Of a stretch of 38,417 nucleotides of DNA, positions 23,125 to 35,035 are shown piece by piece. The stretch is from Macrostomum lignano. Lineage: Eukaryota. Each line of letters begins with the position of its first letter. The first letter of the stretch is position 1. Both the position numbers and the translations under genes were made by a program. The stretch lies in contig NIVC01003860.1 in the NCBI GenBank assembly GCA_002269645.1, positions 35,003-73,419 of the forward strand, read 5' to 3'. The notes beneath the pieces were generated by a model. That model saw only the letters and a program-made list of their open reading frames with translations. It was not told where the DNA came from and ran no database searches.

Positions 23125-25180
23125 TGTGTGTTAGCCTACGACCGGGGTCCCAGCCCGCCGAGGGCGGCCGACTCCAGAAAGGTGCACGTCTCTATCAGGT
23201 TAGTCCATAAGTCACTCAGACAAAGCTGCGTCAGATAGGCGCAGGGCAGTTGAAGAGGTGGGCCACCGTTTGGGGCTCAAGGCCGCCGCAATCAGGACAA
23301 ACCGCGGCGACGCCAGGGTTGAGCCTCGCCAGCGTGCACCGCACACGGCGGGGAGGCGAACTTCGGAGCGGTGGATCTCAGGTCGTTGCGCACGAATGAC
23401 GCGATTCGGTGGCAAACTGTCCAGCATGGCCTATAGTGCCTGCGTGTGTTGGGCCCGCTTGGCGCGATACCAGGCTGCAGCCAGCGTCAAGGACATCCGG
23501 GGCCGGAACCGGCACCCAATCGGCGTTAAAATGCTCAGCAGTGAAGATGGAGGCTTTCATGAGTCTACGCAGAGGTGGCAGACAGGAAAGATGGTGGCAT
23601 GGATGTTCCGGGCGTCTGGTGCGGAGCTTGAACTGGAGCGAAAGATGCTGGTTGTGTTGGCGGACGGTGAGCAACTGAACTTCACTGTGTAGATCCGTTT
23701 CAGAGGTAAGGGCTGTGCAGCCGGTGATGCTGCGACTCGCCGCATTCTCGACCGATTGAAGCCGAGTCCAGGACGAGTTCGAGATGATGGGCCCCAGACC
23801 GGCGCAGCGTAGTCGAGCAGACTTCTGCCAAGAGCTTTAAAGGTGTCAACAAAAGTTCCTTGCAGCAGCCCAGGATGAGGCGGCGAGGCAACGTAGCAGG
23901 CTGTTTCTTTTCCGGGTTTCTCCACAAAGATGGAGACGTGTCTCGCGAAGGAGAGTTTTGGGTCGAAGTCACGCCCAGAGTTTTCGGATGGAGGACCTGC
24001 GGCAGTGGGGAGCCGTTTATGAAGACATTAAGCTGGCAGAAGTATTCGCGCTGGTCTGGACTGAACAGAGTGGCCGTACACTTTGATGTAGAACTCTGGA
24101 GCTTGCGCGACTCGAGGAACGGAGCGAGTTCAGCGAGATAGTGATTCAATTGTTGTTCAATGGAATTGCAGCTTGGGGACGAGGCGGCAACGGTAAGATC
24201 GTCAGCGTAGCCGATTAGCTTAGTAGTCGGATTTATGGGCACAGGAGCCTTAGCCAGATAAAAGGCGAAAAGTAGCGGGCTGATGGCGCTGCCCTGCGGT
24301 ACTTCAATGCGAACCTGCCGCCACTTGGACTTAGAGTCTCGCATGAAGGTCCGGGCTTGTCGTCCAAGAATATAGTTGGCGAGCCAGGCCTTAACAGAGT
24401 TCGGAAGATCCGATTCGGCGAGGTCGGAGAGTAATTTGTAATGGTCAACGCAGTCAAACGCCATCCGAAGGTCGATCGCGCCAACGCCGGTCCTGGCCGG
24501 GGGTTTCGACAGGCAGAATCCCGAGCAAATCTGCTCGACCAGTTGGCAGAGGGCGGTCACGGTTGAGTGGTGCGGGCGGAAGTCATGTTGCCAGGCAGGA
24601 AGCTGAAGATGGTCAGTCAGAAGCGGTAGCAGGATCTTCTCCAAGATTTTGGCAAGCGGCGACAGGAAGGAGATCGGGCGGTACGACGCGCCATCGTCCT
24701 GCGGTTTGCCATCTTTCAGAAGGGGACAGATTAAGGACTTCTTCCAGACCGCAGGGATCTCGATACCCTCCGCACCAATAACCCGTCGGACCCCAGAATT
24801 GCGGACCTACAAGCGCAAATCAATTCGAGCCTTTAAGCGGAGAAACGGGACCGCTGGAACAAATTCCTCCTTGAGAACGGCAACCAGCCCAGGATCTGGT
24901 CCACTTTTAAAAAGCTGGCCGGACGCCCGAACGCAGATAAAATGTCATACTAAAGTTCAACGGAAAACCGGCCCTTTCTGGTGCCGAAACTGCGGACCGG
25001 CTCAATTGTCAGTTCACGAGGCCGCGCCTTCACTGCTCCAACCCGCAGATGCGTGTCGTCCGTCGACGTATTAAGGCCCTACCTCGCGCCGCCGGAGACG
25101 CTCCTGTCTGTTCGGCCGATGGCATCGAGCATGCCATCAAGCGGTCCAAGCTCTCCAAAGCCATCAGCCCGGACGGAACC
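23125..25180 (-). mobile_element. 5'-truncated, 5'-inverted LINE (Jockey/I-like) ORF2: RT and C-terminal zinc knuckle on minus (24770-~23165), pre-RT linker on plus (24771-25177)
   Basis: Minus: IPAVWKKS, SYRPISFLSPLAKILEK, QHDFR..HST, AIDLRMAFDCVDH, VPQGSAISPLLF, YADD (24198-24209), LDYAAPVW, TVAHLFNCP..DLW, (AC)n tail at ~23126-23135. Plus: DPRIADLQAQI...KRDRWNKFL...IWSTFKKL...SKAISPDG. Confidence 0.9.
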
Positions 25181-25428
25181 CCCCTATTGAGAGTCAGCCT
25201 GTCTCAGAAATCCCCATTGAGAGACAGTCTGTCTCAGAAATCCCCATTGAGAGTCAGTCTGTCTCAGAAATCCCCATTGAGAGTCAGTCTGTCTCAGAAA
25301 TCCCCATTGAGAGTCAGTCTGTCTCAAAAATCTCCATTGAGAGTCAGTCTGTCTCAGAAATCCCCATTGAGAGTCAGTCTGTCTCAGAAATCCCCATTGA
25401 GTCAGTCTGTCTCAGAAATCCCTATTGA
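25181..25428. repeat. 30-bp minisatellite (GAGTCAGTCTGTCTCAGAAATCCCCATTGA), ~8 copies
   Basis: Directly visible; gives the LRVSLSQKSP repeats in the ORF track. Confidence 0.95.
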
Positions 25429-26403
25429 ACTGCCCGAGCGGCTGACTAAACCGCCGTGTGCCGAAAGCCCCCAGCCTCAGCGCTTGGGAGAACACGGGTG
25501 CCGAATTACGAGGCCTGAGTCGTGAAAGTAACTATTTTATTTTTAGTACTATAGTACGAGCTAATACAACATGGCAGAAGCTAAAGTTATTTATTTATTC
25601 ACACTATTTACGAGCTTAAGCATAAGGTACGGAAAAGTCAAGACTTTTAATCACCGATTTCATTAGAAAGTACCTTAAAATCACAGACAGGCATTGCACA
25701 AACAAAAGCCGATCAGCTGATTTCTAGTATTTTCTGCACAGTGTATTTGTAATTTTATTATTCTGAGCGCTTGCGCATCATGCTCAAATTGATACTGAAA
25801 TATTTAGCTATAATCATTAGTCATGCCAATATCGCAGTTATAAATTTTACATCTAAACAGAGTTGGTGAGAATTAGCAGGTTTCTTTTGTCTGATTAAAA
25901 CTATTTGATTAGAAACAAAAATACCATTGAATACTGTCACTCTATCTACTCGCATTTTGGAGAATTCGGCTCATACACTGAAGCCAGTGCAAAAACAGAT
26001 AATGATGGCGTCCACGCTATTAATTCGAGTTTTAGGATATGAGAAATAACAATTCGACAGTAATTGGACTTGCGATATCAAAGCAATTTAATACTCGTAC
26101 ACTGACTGGGCTGGCTTAGAAATTTAGATTAATTGTGAGCGGATTGAATGCATTGAGCGAATGGTGGGTCAGGCTTGAGAATACTAATTTGGTTTGATTG
26201 CAGTACAGATAATCGTAAATCACAGGTTAAACAGGGGCGGGATACAGCTTAGCTACTTATTGTTGATAGTTCTGACTAAAAAATCCGAGCAGAGGAACGG
26301 AAAGAGCATTTTCTAGAAAAAAAATTCAAGGCTACTTGCCAAAATTAAATGAGAAGGAGTGTTTATTTAGATCTCCAAGATCGCTGGTGATTGAACTGCG
26401 AGC

Positions 26404-29400
26404 TCACTGGATCAGCCACTGCTGTGCAGATACCGTGAGGACAGCCAGAGAGCAGACGGCTCCAGCACTGAGCCATGCCAGATCCATCTTTAGTTGAGCC
26501 GACGATTTCGTCTGCGTCGAGTTTCGTGACGACGACTTGGCCGTGGAATTGGTCTTGTTCGGGTCATTTGCCAAAGTTTGCGCCACGGTCCGGTGGACGT
26601 GCGAAGTCAATTGTTTGGTGGTCTGCGTATGATGTACAATATGTACATTGCGTATGGGCATACTGAACTTATGGTTTGTCACGCTGGTCAATGTTCTGGC
26701 CATAGTGGAAGGGAGTAGGCCTAATCGCTTTTCGTCTTCAGCGGCCAAGGGCTTCTCATCTTGAATGTACAATCTATCGATAGACACACTGGACACGTTT
26801 GCAGCGGATATGGCAATCACTTTTATAAACATCGGAGGTTCATTGAGAGCCATATACTGATTGTAGATGTTCACCGAAGATTGGTTGGTGACAGCCAGTT
26901 CCGGACAGGAGTAATAGCCGTTTACAGCGGTGCAGTTTCCACCTGTCTCTCTGTAGCGAAGACTGTAGACAGGCACATCTGTTGGAGGCAATTCGGATGA
27001 ACATGAGCGTTAAAACCAGTGAAATGTGCATGACAGCTGTGCAACAAATACTCGTATTTGGGGCACTGTTTGCTCTTTGAACCAGATGCCAAAATGTGTT
27101 TTGGTTTTATGAAAAAATATTTTTCAATAAAATTCACATTTCAGCTTGTACTTTAGCAGAGCTGCTTCAAGCGGTACACCTACCTGCTTTAGGCGGGAGT
27201 AGACCAGACGGATCTTTAACTGGATTCCATTTGATCTCAATTATTTTACTCGCATAATCTTTTCTGCTTATATAGATCGCCATGCTTGGCTTAGGAACAA
27301 TACGACGTCTGTCAAAGTTGGGGTCTTCCGCCTGAACAGTCAAGGTGCCGCCAGACAATTGCATTTGGAACGGGAACGTGATAAACACATCGACAGCGTA
27401 TTGACGAGCTTTCTGTACTGCATAGAGTGGTACCATGGCACTGTATGCTCCTCTATCTGTACAAATGAAGTATGAGCAATATGCCTTTTAAATCGCTGTT
27501 TAACAACAATAGTTTTTGTAAAGCTGCTACTGAATTTTTAGTCTTCACTTACTGTAATATTGTTCAGATAGATTAAATCGAGCCACTTCCTTGTTGCTTG
27601 CTGTGACAACTGCGTATATTTGATACTTGTGTTGAATCTGAGATCTTGGTAACAGGTTCACGAAGACACCGATTCGAGTATCATACTTGACCATTGTCAC
27701 ATTATTTGGCTTCACCCTACACGTAGTGTCTCTGGGCAGTAAGGCAAATTGGCTTCCTGTGATAACTATAGTCATTGTTGAGGCCGCCTGTCTGCGAATC
27801 CGGCGTGCGAGACCGACTGCGAGATTCGTTAGCGTCCACTTTCCGCTCTGTTGGAGTGGCGGGTTACTATTGTTTGGGAATCCTTAAAGTTGATGGTTCT
27901 TAGTACTCGTAATTAACTGCCCAGCTATACCCCCCATTTCGAATTTTTTGCTCCTGAAAGAGCATATTTAGAATTTAGTAACACACTGTTACAGTAGCTG
28001 TTAAAATATTGGCTTTTTGCTTTGGCACGTAAATTGGCTCAACTGACCTCTACCTCTGCGTCAGGAATTTGCATTGTCACGGATCCGACTGCAACATCAA
28101 CTGTACAAACGGCACTGCTGCCTCCAGAGCAATTGAAAGTCCTACCGCTCGGCGACCGAAGCATGAGGCGCAGAGAGCCAACCTTGGCGGGATCGCTTGG
28201 CAGAAACAGCGAGAAGACGAGGTTGCTGCGAGTACTGACGTCGAATTCCACCGGATAGCGCAGGTCAGAGGGAACTTGCCTCGAATCCAGCTGTGGGAAC
28301 AAGGAACAGTTCGTACGGAGTCAAACTAAGATGGAAGACAATCGGAATGCAACCAGTGCACTACCTAAGCGCATTTGATTTATTTAGTAACTTAACTAGA
28401 CACAACACTAAAAATAGTTTGTCGCTTAAGTAGGTTATGTGACTGATTTCAGAAGAATCCCGTTGAGCATATTTTCATAATGCTGCAGGATCTCATTGGA
28501 GCTCTAATCTCACCCATTTCTCCCCTATCTCTATATCATCTCTCCTCCATCTCTCCCTCGCGTATTTTCCATCTTTTGCATCCTCTCTCCTTTATTTTAC
28601 TTATCAATTTAAAATTTAAACTTTCATTTTTAATTTCGACCGATACTTGGTAAGCAAAATAAAGGTAGATCAAAATGAGAGCTAAAGCTCAAAGAGGGTC
28701 CTGATATCTTAGCCTGATATAATAGCTGGCTTTCAGAGTTTTTACGTTACGTTAAAACATCATTTACGTTGGGATAATAACAATAGCGACTGTAAAAAGT
28801 GAAAGGCTGCTTATTGCTAGTGTTAAGAAGACACTGTATTTGCTTCAATAATTAAGTAACATAATGCATTACTACGTTTTGGCTTTCACGGCCCCCTGAG
28901 AATTTTATCCCCCGGTCAACAGCAGACTTAAACCCTTACTCAGACAAAAAGAATTTGGCTGTTGTCGATGAATACAATAATAGATGGTGAAAGAAGCGAA
29001 AAGTAATAAATTTTTGTCGAGCAAGCTTCACAATAGAATTCACCCCAACTCACGACGACGGTCTTGTTCACGCCAGCGAGACCAGACTGTAGTGAGGTGA
29101 ACTCCAGTATTAGTTTGGACGCTGCAAGCTTGCTGTCGACCGGACTATATAGCTTGCGACCGTCCGTGACGTCGGCAAGAAGCGACATCCGCATGTCCGC
29201 ACTGTCACCGAACCGAATGGTGTCGACTCTGAGGCTCGTTTTCGATATCGCATCGATGGTAGAGTTCAGCTTGCTGCTGCAGCCTTCCTGACCATCTGAG
29301 ACCAAAAGTATCTGACCACTCGATCGATGAGTTGGACTTGTTACGTTCTCACCTAGCAGCTGGGTGATTTGATTGAGAAGTAGGGGATTCAGTCAGTGGT

Positions 29401-31775
29401 ACCTGGCCTGGACTATGGCTTGACTAAGAATCTGACTGTGCGTAAATCTGTTAAATGACCAAATCACTGACCTTCATAGCCTCTTGAACAGCTCCACCGA
29501 TGCAGGTGCTTCCTCCGGCAGTCAGTTTCGAGACGGATTGCATCAGCTGACGTCGAACAGCCGGTGAGTCAACCAGGATGAAATTTTGCAGCACAGTGGG
29601 TCCGCTAGTAAAGCTGATCAGGGCGCACTCTGACCCGGTCTTCAGAGTGAAGGCAATGTAATTGTTCACTGCATTAATCAAATTTTGCATTCGGTTGTCC
29701 TGAATGGGTCCAAAATGAGTTAGAATGAGTTATTGGTGGATAGTAATCTTTGTGTACTTTTGAAATTGACTTTTTAATTGAATAAATATAGTCACCTCTT
29801 TTGAGCATGTCATTATGAAAAAACTCTTCCACTTGATCCCAAAAATTTTGAAAAGGTTACAAAGTTACAAAGAGCAGAGCATGGAAAGGAAGTGATGCAA
29901 CTGAGACAAAGCAAGCGGCTTCTCACCGAACGCATGCTACTCGATGTATCCATGACGATCACAACACGGTCTCTTTTGGGTTCAACCACTAGACGAAAGT
30001 TGAACTTTGAGTTCACTATAGTAGCAGAGCTGATAGGCCGTAGAAAATCCTCGTGGTCTCTGATGACCTCCGCAGCGCTGCGTGCATTGCAAAATTTGTT
30101 GAGTAAGTTGTCGGCATCCTTGTTGTGCCTGTGCCTGGTGTCGGAGACCTTAAAGTCCGCATCGCAGAAGCGGGTCACTCCGGCGCTGTAGGGCTCGAAC
30201 AGGAACGAGGCAACGTTGGAGTACGCAGGCTCGGTCACCACGATTTTGCAGTTGGGTTCGCCGAATTTGCAGCTGCGTCCGGTTTGATTGCCGCTGGCCA
30301 CTTCCAGCTTCACCTGCAGGTCCGGGTTGCAGGAAGAGAGCCTGGGAAGAACTCTGTTATACGAATCCTTGCTCTTCTGTATCGGGTTACTCAATGGGTC
30401 TTCGCTGAACAGGCCCCAGCGGAACTGCGAAAAGTACAGAGCCATAGTCCTGGCCACCGCTGTGGGATGTGCGGATCAGGGTGGAGCCGTGGCAGCAATG
30501 GGGAAAAGCGTGGCTTGTTAAAGTTGAGGGACTTTTTTAACTCAATCAAGTTTCTTAATTGTTTTGTCTCGACATGAAAATATTTGAAGAAAAAAATGTT
30601 AGCTGCTCATACTTTTCCGCTTCAGTTCTTTTATTCATGGCAGTGGATGAAAATACACTAGATTAGCTACACATTTAACCGTTTAATTTAAAATTAACTG
30701 TTTAATGATTCTATTTCGGCAAGTAGATCTTCAATTTTATTTTCTATATTTAGCTACTTCAACCATTATTCAATTTCGTCAATAGGATATTCTATTTCAT
30801 GCAAAATAGAATAGGATATTTTATTTCATTTTCTTGATGTTTTTATTTTTTCAAATACATACTGAGGAGGTTTTTTTACGGACAAGTTGGGCCTGATTTT
30901 TTGTTGCATTTCTTTAAGTTTGTTCTCTTCACCAATTTTGTTCCATTCATAACAGTCATGTACATGTACAAGGCAGGAGAGGGGAAATTGAATGGGAAAT
31001 CTGCATGCGGGAGCTAAATGTAGCTAAATGCACTTAATGCAGAATGGTGAAATTGAATGTCATCTTGCCGGAATGGAATGTGAGCTTTGTTGAAGTTGAA
31101 CTGAAAATGTGTAGTTAGTATTTTTTATCTATATATAGTTTTATCTAACCTAGAGAATCTATTAAGCATCAACAATATGAAGCATCAAGAGAATTCTTAC
31201 ATTTGTAGATGTTGCTGGACTCGAGACTCTTGGTCGAGAGTTTCACTTTTTCTGCTTGAGCTCCGCAGAAGAAGTCTTCCCACACTACACCCTCATCAGA
31301 CTCCTTGATGTCTGGAGAGACAACGAAATCCGCGTTCTCTGGCCGCTGCCACGTCGCTGGGTGCAGCTGAAGCCTCGAATTGTTCGATTCGGCGAGCTTC
31401 TCACCCAGACTGTGCGGCAGCAGCACGCTGACCTCGCCGAAGCCGAGACGGCGGCCCACAGTATGGGTGAGCTTCTCCAAGATGTCCGAGGCCTCCCGAA
31501 GGGCGGTCTGAAAGGTCAAAGCAGCACTGGATATTCTCCCAGACTTCAGTTTCAATATCACACAATCCTAGCGTATTATGCCTCACCTGCAGCACATGAA
31601 GTAGATGAGCATAGTGCTTCTCCTGCACGTTGCCGTCTGCAGGTATTTGCACAAAGACTAGCAAGTCGTTATAGTAGCCGTCATCAGCGAGATGCAGTTT
31701 GCTTGACGCATCGAGCTGGATGCAAAAAGCAGCCAGAAAAGTCATGAAGATTGTGCTGACGTTTTTTAGCCTCAT
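26404..31775 (-). CDS. clca: CLCA (calcium-activated chloride channel regulator)-like protein, ~982 aa. Nine exons: 31775-31587, 31507-31201, 30459-29927, 29699-29472, 29359-29054, 28290-28048, 27847-27553, 27456-27184, 26978-26404
   Basis: All junctions GT-AG with consistent phases; sum 2949 nt = 982 aa + stop. Signal peptide; CLCA_N (TALREAS...FGEVSVLLP, RWGLFSE, ASFLF...TRFCD, RSAAEVI..DF); vWA with MIDAS DTSSS, TCIG, SDG; SGKWTL, GAYS, IEIKWNP (FnIII-like); Ser/Thr stalk and hydrophobic C-terminus. Confidence 0.88.
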
Positions 31776-32220
31776 GTTTAAGGATTCTGTGCAGATAAAA
31801 GTTGGCAGAATTTCTATACTGAGCGTTGGCTCTGCAACAGATGAACTGGGGCTGGCAGGCAACTCAGCTCGAAGCGAAGCCGCTCCTCTCGATCTCGACC
31901 TGTACTCGCCTCAGAGCCATGGGAGTTTCAGCCACAGACAGAAATTCTGCTGAGCTGCCGGCTTAAAGCTTCGTGCATAAATTTATTGCTGTATAAAAGT
32001 ACTTTTAGACGAAACTCCAAAACAGGGCGGCTCGAGCGGCAGTAAGCGGCAAATAGTCTATGGGCCTGAGGCGGTCAGGCTTAGGAAACAGGTTCAAGTT
32101 GAACTTGGGATAACAAAATATCAAAGCAGACAGTGCTTTTCAGTGAAAGAGTGAGGAAAGAACAAGATGTACTTTTATTAATCGTTGTCATTCTTGAAAT
32201 TACTTTAATAACAAATTAAG

Positions 32221-33330
32221 CCATGAGAATCAGGCAATGAGGCAAACAAAGCGGCGTTTGGCGAGCAAGAGGCGGATAAGCTGCGCGGCAGCATAAATAG
32301 GCAGGCAGCCTCACAGTTTAAACCCGTTTGAAATGGTGGCTCCTTCATGTTTAACATGATGGCACTTTTATGTTTGAAATGGTGGCTCTTTTATGTTTGA
32401 CATGGTGGCTCTTTCATGTTTGAAATGGTGGCTCTTTTATGTTTGACCCTCACAGTTTAAACCCCATCACCCCGCACCACGTACATTGGCAAGCGACTGA
32501 ACGCGGCAGAGTAGTGGACACAATAAACCATGAGGATCTGGAAAGGCAAGAAGGCAAACAAAGCGGCGTTTGGCGAGCAAGAGGCGGAGAGCGCAACGAA
32601 GCGTTAAAGTGGGAGCAGAAAACAAACACCCAACCCCAAAGAGGATAAGACAGTTAGAGTAGAGACGGGAAAATTAAAAACGCGACACCATCTGACCGAC
32701 CGCCCGAGACTTGCGGGCAACAGAATCACCGTCACTGAAGAAGTAGCGCTTCACACAGTCAGAGCGCCAGTCACCCAGGGCCATGATATCAGGCAAGGCC
32801 ACCCACCCCTTCCTGCAGGGCAAAGCTGGCCCCACCGCGCCGCAGGCTGTGGCCGGAGAAGGTGGACGGGTTGAAACCGCAGTTACGCAGTGCCTGCCGC
32901 AGAAGCGGGGTCAGCATACGAGGCTTCAAACGCAGCCTCCGCGAGCCCACGAGGTAGGAGAACAACGGGACGGTGGCGCCGATGCAGGCCGCACCGGCCA
33001 GGTAGGGCAGCTGCACCGTGCGGACACGCTGGCCGAACTGGTTGGTCTTGGACCGCTGCAGCTGCAGCACCAGCCCAGAACCGGAACAGGACAGATGGCT
33101 AGAGCGCAGCAGGTCGCCGACTCGGATCAGCTCCCACCAGGCCACCAGAAAGGCGGCGCAGAATGCAGACCACAGCTAGGTTCGGAGCGAAGCCTCGACG
33201 GGCCGCAGGGTCGCTCGCAAGCCGCCGCAGGTGAGCAGGCTCGAGCGCCGTCGCCTGCTTGGTCTGTAGCCCCAGGAAGCGCCGAGCGCCCCTTAAAAGG
33301 AACTGCAGCCGTGCCGCATATCAGACAGGG
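32221..33330 (-). mobile_element. DIRS/Ngaro-type tyrosine-recombinase retrotransposon remnant (YR ~33330-32720 plus repeated terminal blocks)
   Basis: AAFLVAWWELIR, QRSKTNQFG, FSGHSLRRGGASFA, (fs) IMALGDWRSDCVKRYF give the R-K-H-R-W-Y tyrosine-recombinase set; 37-bp direct repeat at 32240-32276 and 32552-32588; CCTCACAGTTTAAACCC at 32309 and 32448. Confidence 0.8.
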
Positions 33331-33469
33331 TAAAAACAGAGCCCAGCAGTCCCTACACTATAGCTTTAGCACAGATACAGTGATTTGAGTTGATAAGTAT
33401 AATAAGCTTGTTATATCTGCTGAGCTCATCTGCTGAAATCGTTCTGCCCGTTTACATGCGTGCAGCGTT

Positions 33470-35035
33470 TGTGTTCCGCACTACACCCAGATGGCCATCG
33501 ACTCGCGCACCCTGCTTAGCCCGCCGCCACTCTCTTTCACTGGAGTGCCACACGAAGTAGGACGACACCTCCGTGTAGAGCAAGGACCCAGCAAACTCTT
33601 CAATACGGCACAGCTTGAAAAATGGCGTCCACGTTGAGTCCCTCTTAAAACAAAAGCGTTCTCGCTTTTTATCTTGCGATACCTTCGTTAAAATACACGA
33701 CCTGCTCCTCCGACTTGTGAACGTATAATCGGATGACCGCCATAAACCTGTTGTGCACCTGACCAGAAAGTGGAAGGAAAATATACAGCCTTAAAGTTTC
33801 GATGGAAATTCAATTTATACTTTGACGAGGTGTTCACAGCTCTGGTTAAAAGAGCCAATAATAATTAGAATGCGAATTACTTCAAAGCCCAAGATGGTAT
33901 TCACGGCTTCCATTAGACCAATTTAGCGCACGGACAGGTACTCCTTGATCTCATCACGCGGCTCATTTTCTGCCATTTGCGTCTGCTGCTAATTAACCAC
34001 TGCCTGCTCTCTCGGTTCAGTAGAATTCTTATTGGCATCGACTTTGAGCAAACACGAGCAATCTGAGCAAACATGAACGCACGGCATACAAGTGGAGGAG
34101 CAGACTAAATATGAAAACGCGCTAGCACCCACACGTGCACCCCGCCCCCCGCAACACACGCAACCCCGGACGCACCCCCCGAGCCAAGCGAGCCACCTCA
34201 CCCCGCAGTTTAAACGCCCTTACCACCAACACAGTGGCAAGGGTAACAGGAACTCTTTCTGAAAGCCCTTGCTGCATTCGCCATTTTCCATGCAAGGGCA
34301 CACCGGATTCTCCTGCCGCAGGGGCCATGGATCATGTGCGTCTTCACCAGCTCATAGAGCACGGGCTGCTGCTCTGAAATCTCGGCAGACACGATGTCAT
34401 CGTATCGGTCCGGAGTCACCCGCTGACCGCTCGTGAGCCATAGCATATTATGGATAATTTATTTCGCAAAATATGTTTTAAAATATCTCGCAGACTTACT
34501 AAATGTGTTCACCAGATGGTCGACGGTCAGGGTGAATCACAATTCGCGCATCTCCCAACTGCGGATCATGGCTGATTCGATGAGCGACTGCCTTCAGGCT
34601 GTGGACATAGCCGTTGCACTCGTGAAGCAGCGTCTGCAGCAGCTCCGGTAGCTCTGGCTTCACCTTCTGGCTGAGACTCTGGCGGCTTTCAAGTTCGCGA
34701 TCGTTGAAATACACCTGCCAGCCATGGGGCTCAGCTGAATCCTCTGCAAACAGCGGCGCCGTGTTGTGATGCAACTGGCCGCTGATGATGAAGCTGGGAC
34801 TCCAGTCTGGTACCAACCGCAGTTTGGCTCCCAGCGACGTCAGGTGCAGCCCCGAGTTGTAACTTCTAATGTTGGTTAGGAACTCGGCACTCATTCTGCG
34901 CCGCCCCAGGTACAGATCCGCCAGCACTTGAAGCACTGTGCGTCTGGGCAGCTTCACCTCGCCTTTGGCGTAGCAGAAATTCCTCGTCTCAGAGCACCAA
35001 AGTAATGCACCGCATTGGTCGCATGCTCTGTCCAT
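33470..35035 (-). mobile_element. Helitron Rep/helicase remnant (Rep half, fragmented)
   Basis: CDQCGALLW...KGEVKLP...EFLTNIRSYNS...TSLGA...ISGQLHH; LWL...YELVKTHMIHGPCG; DEIKEYL; VHKSEEQVVYF...LLYTEV.SYFVW...WRR: colinear Helitron Rep motifs. Confidence 0.88.

Noticed and set aside
25049-25525. 158-aa ORF with LRVSLSQKSP repeats
   Set aside because: Read-through from the inverted LINE fragment into a 30-bp minisatellite.
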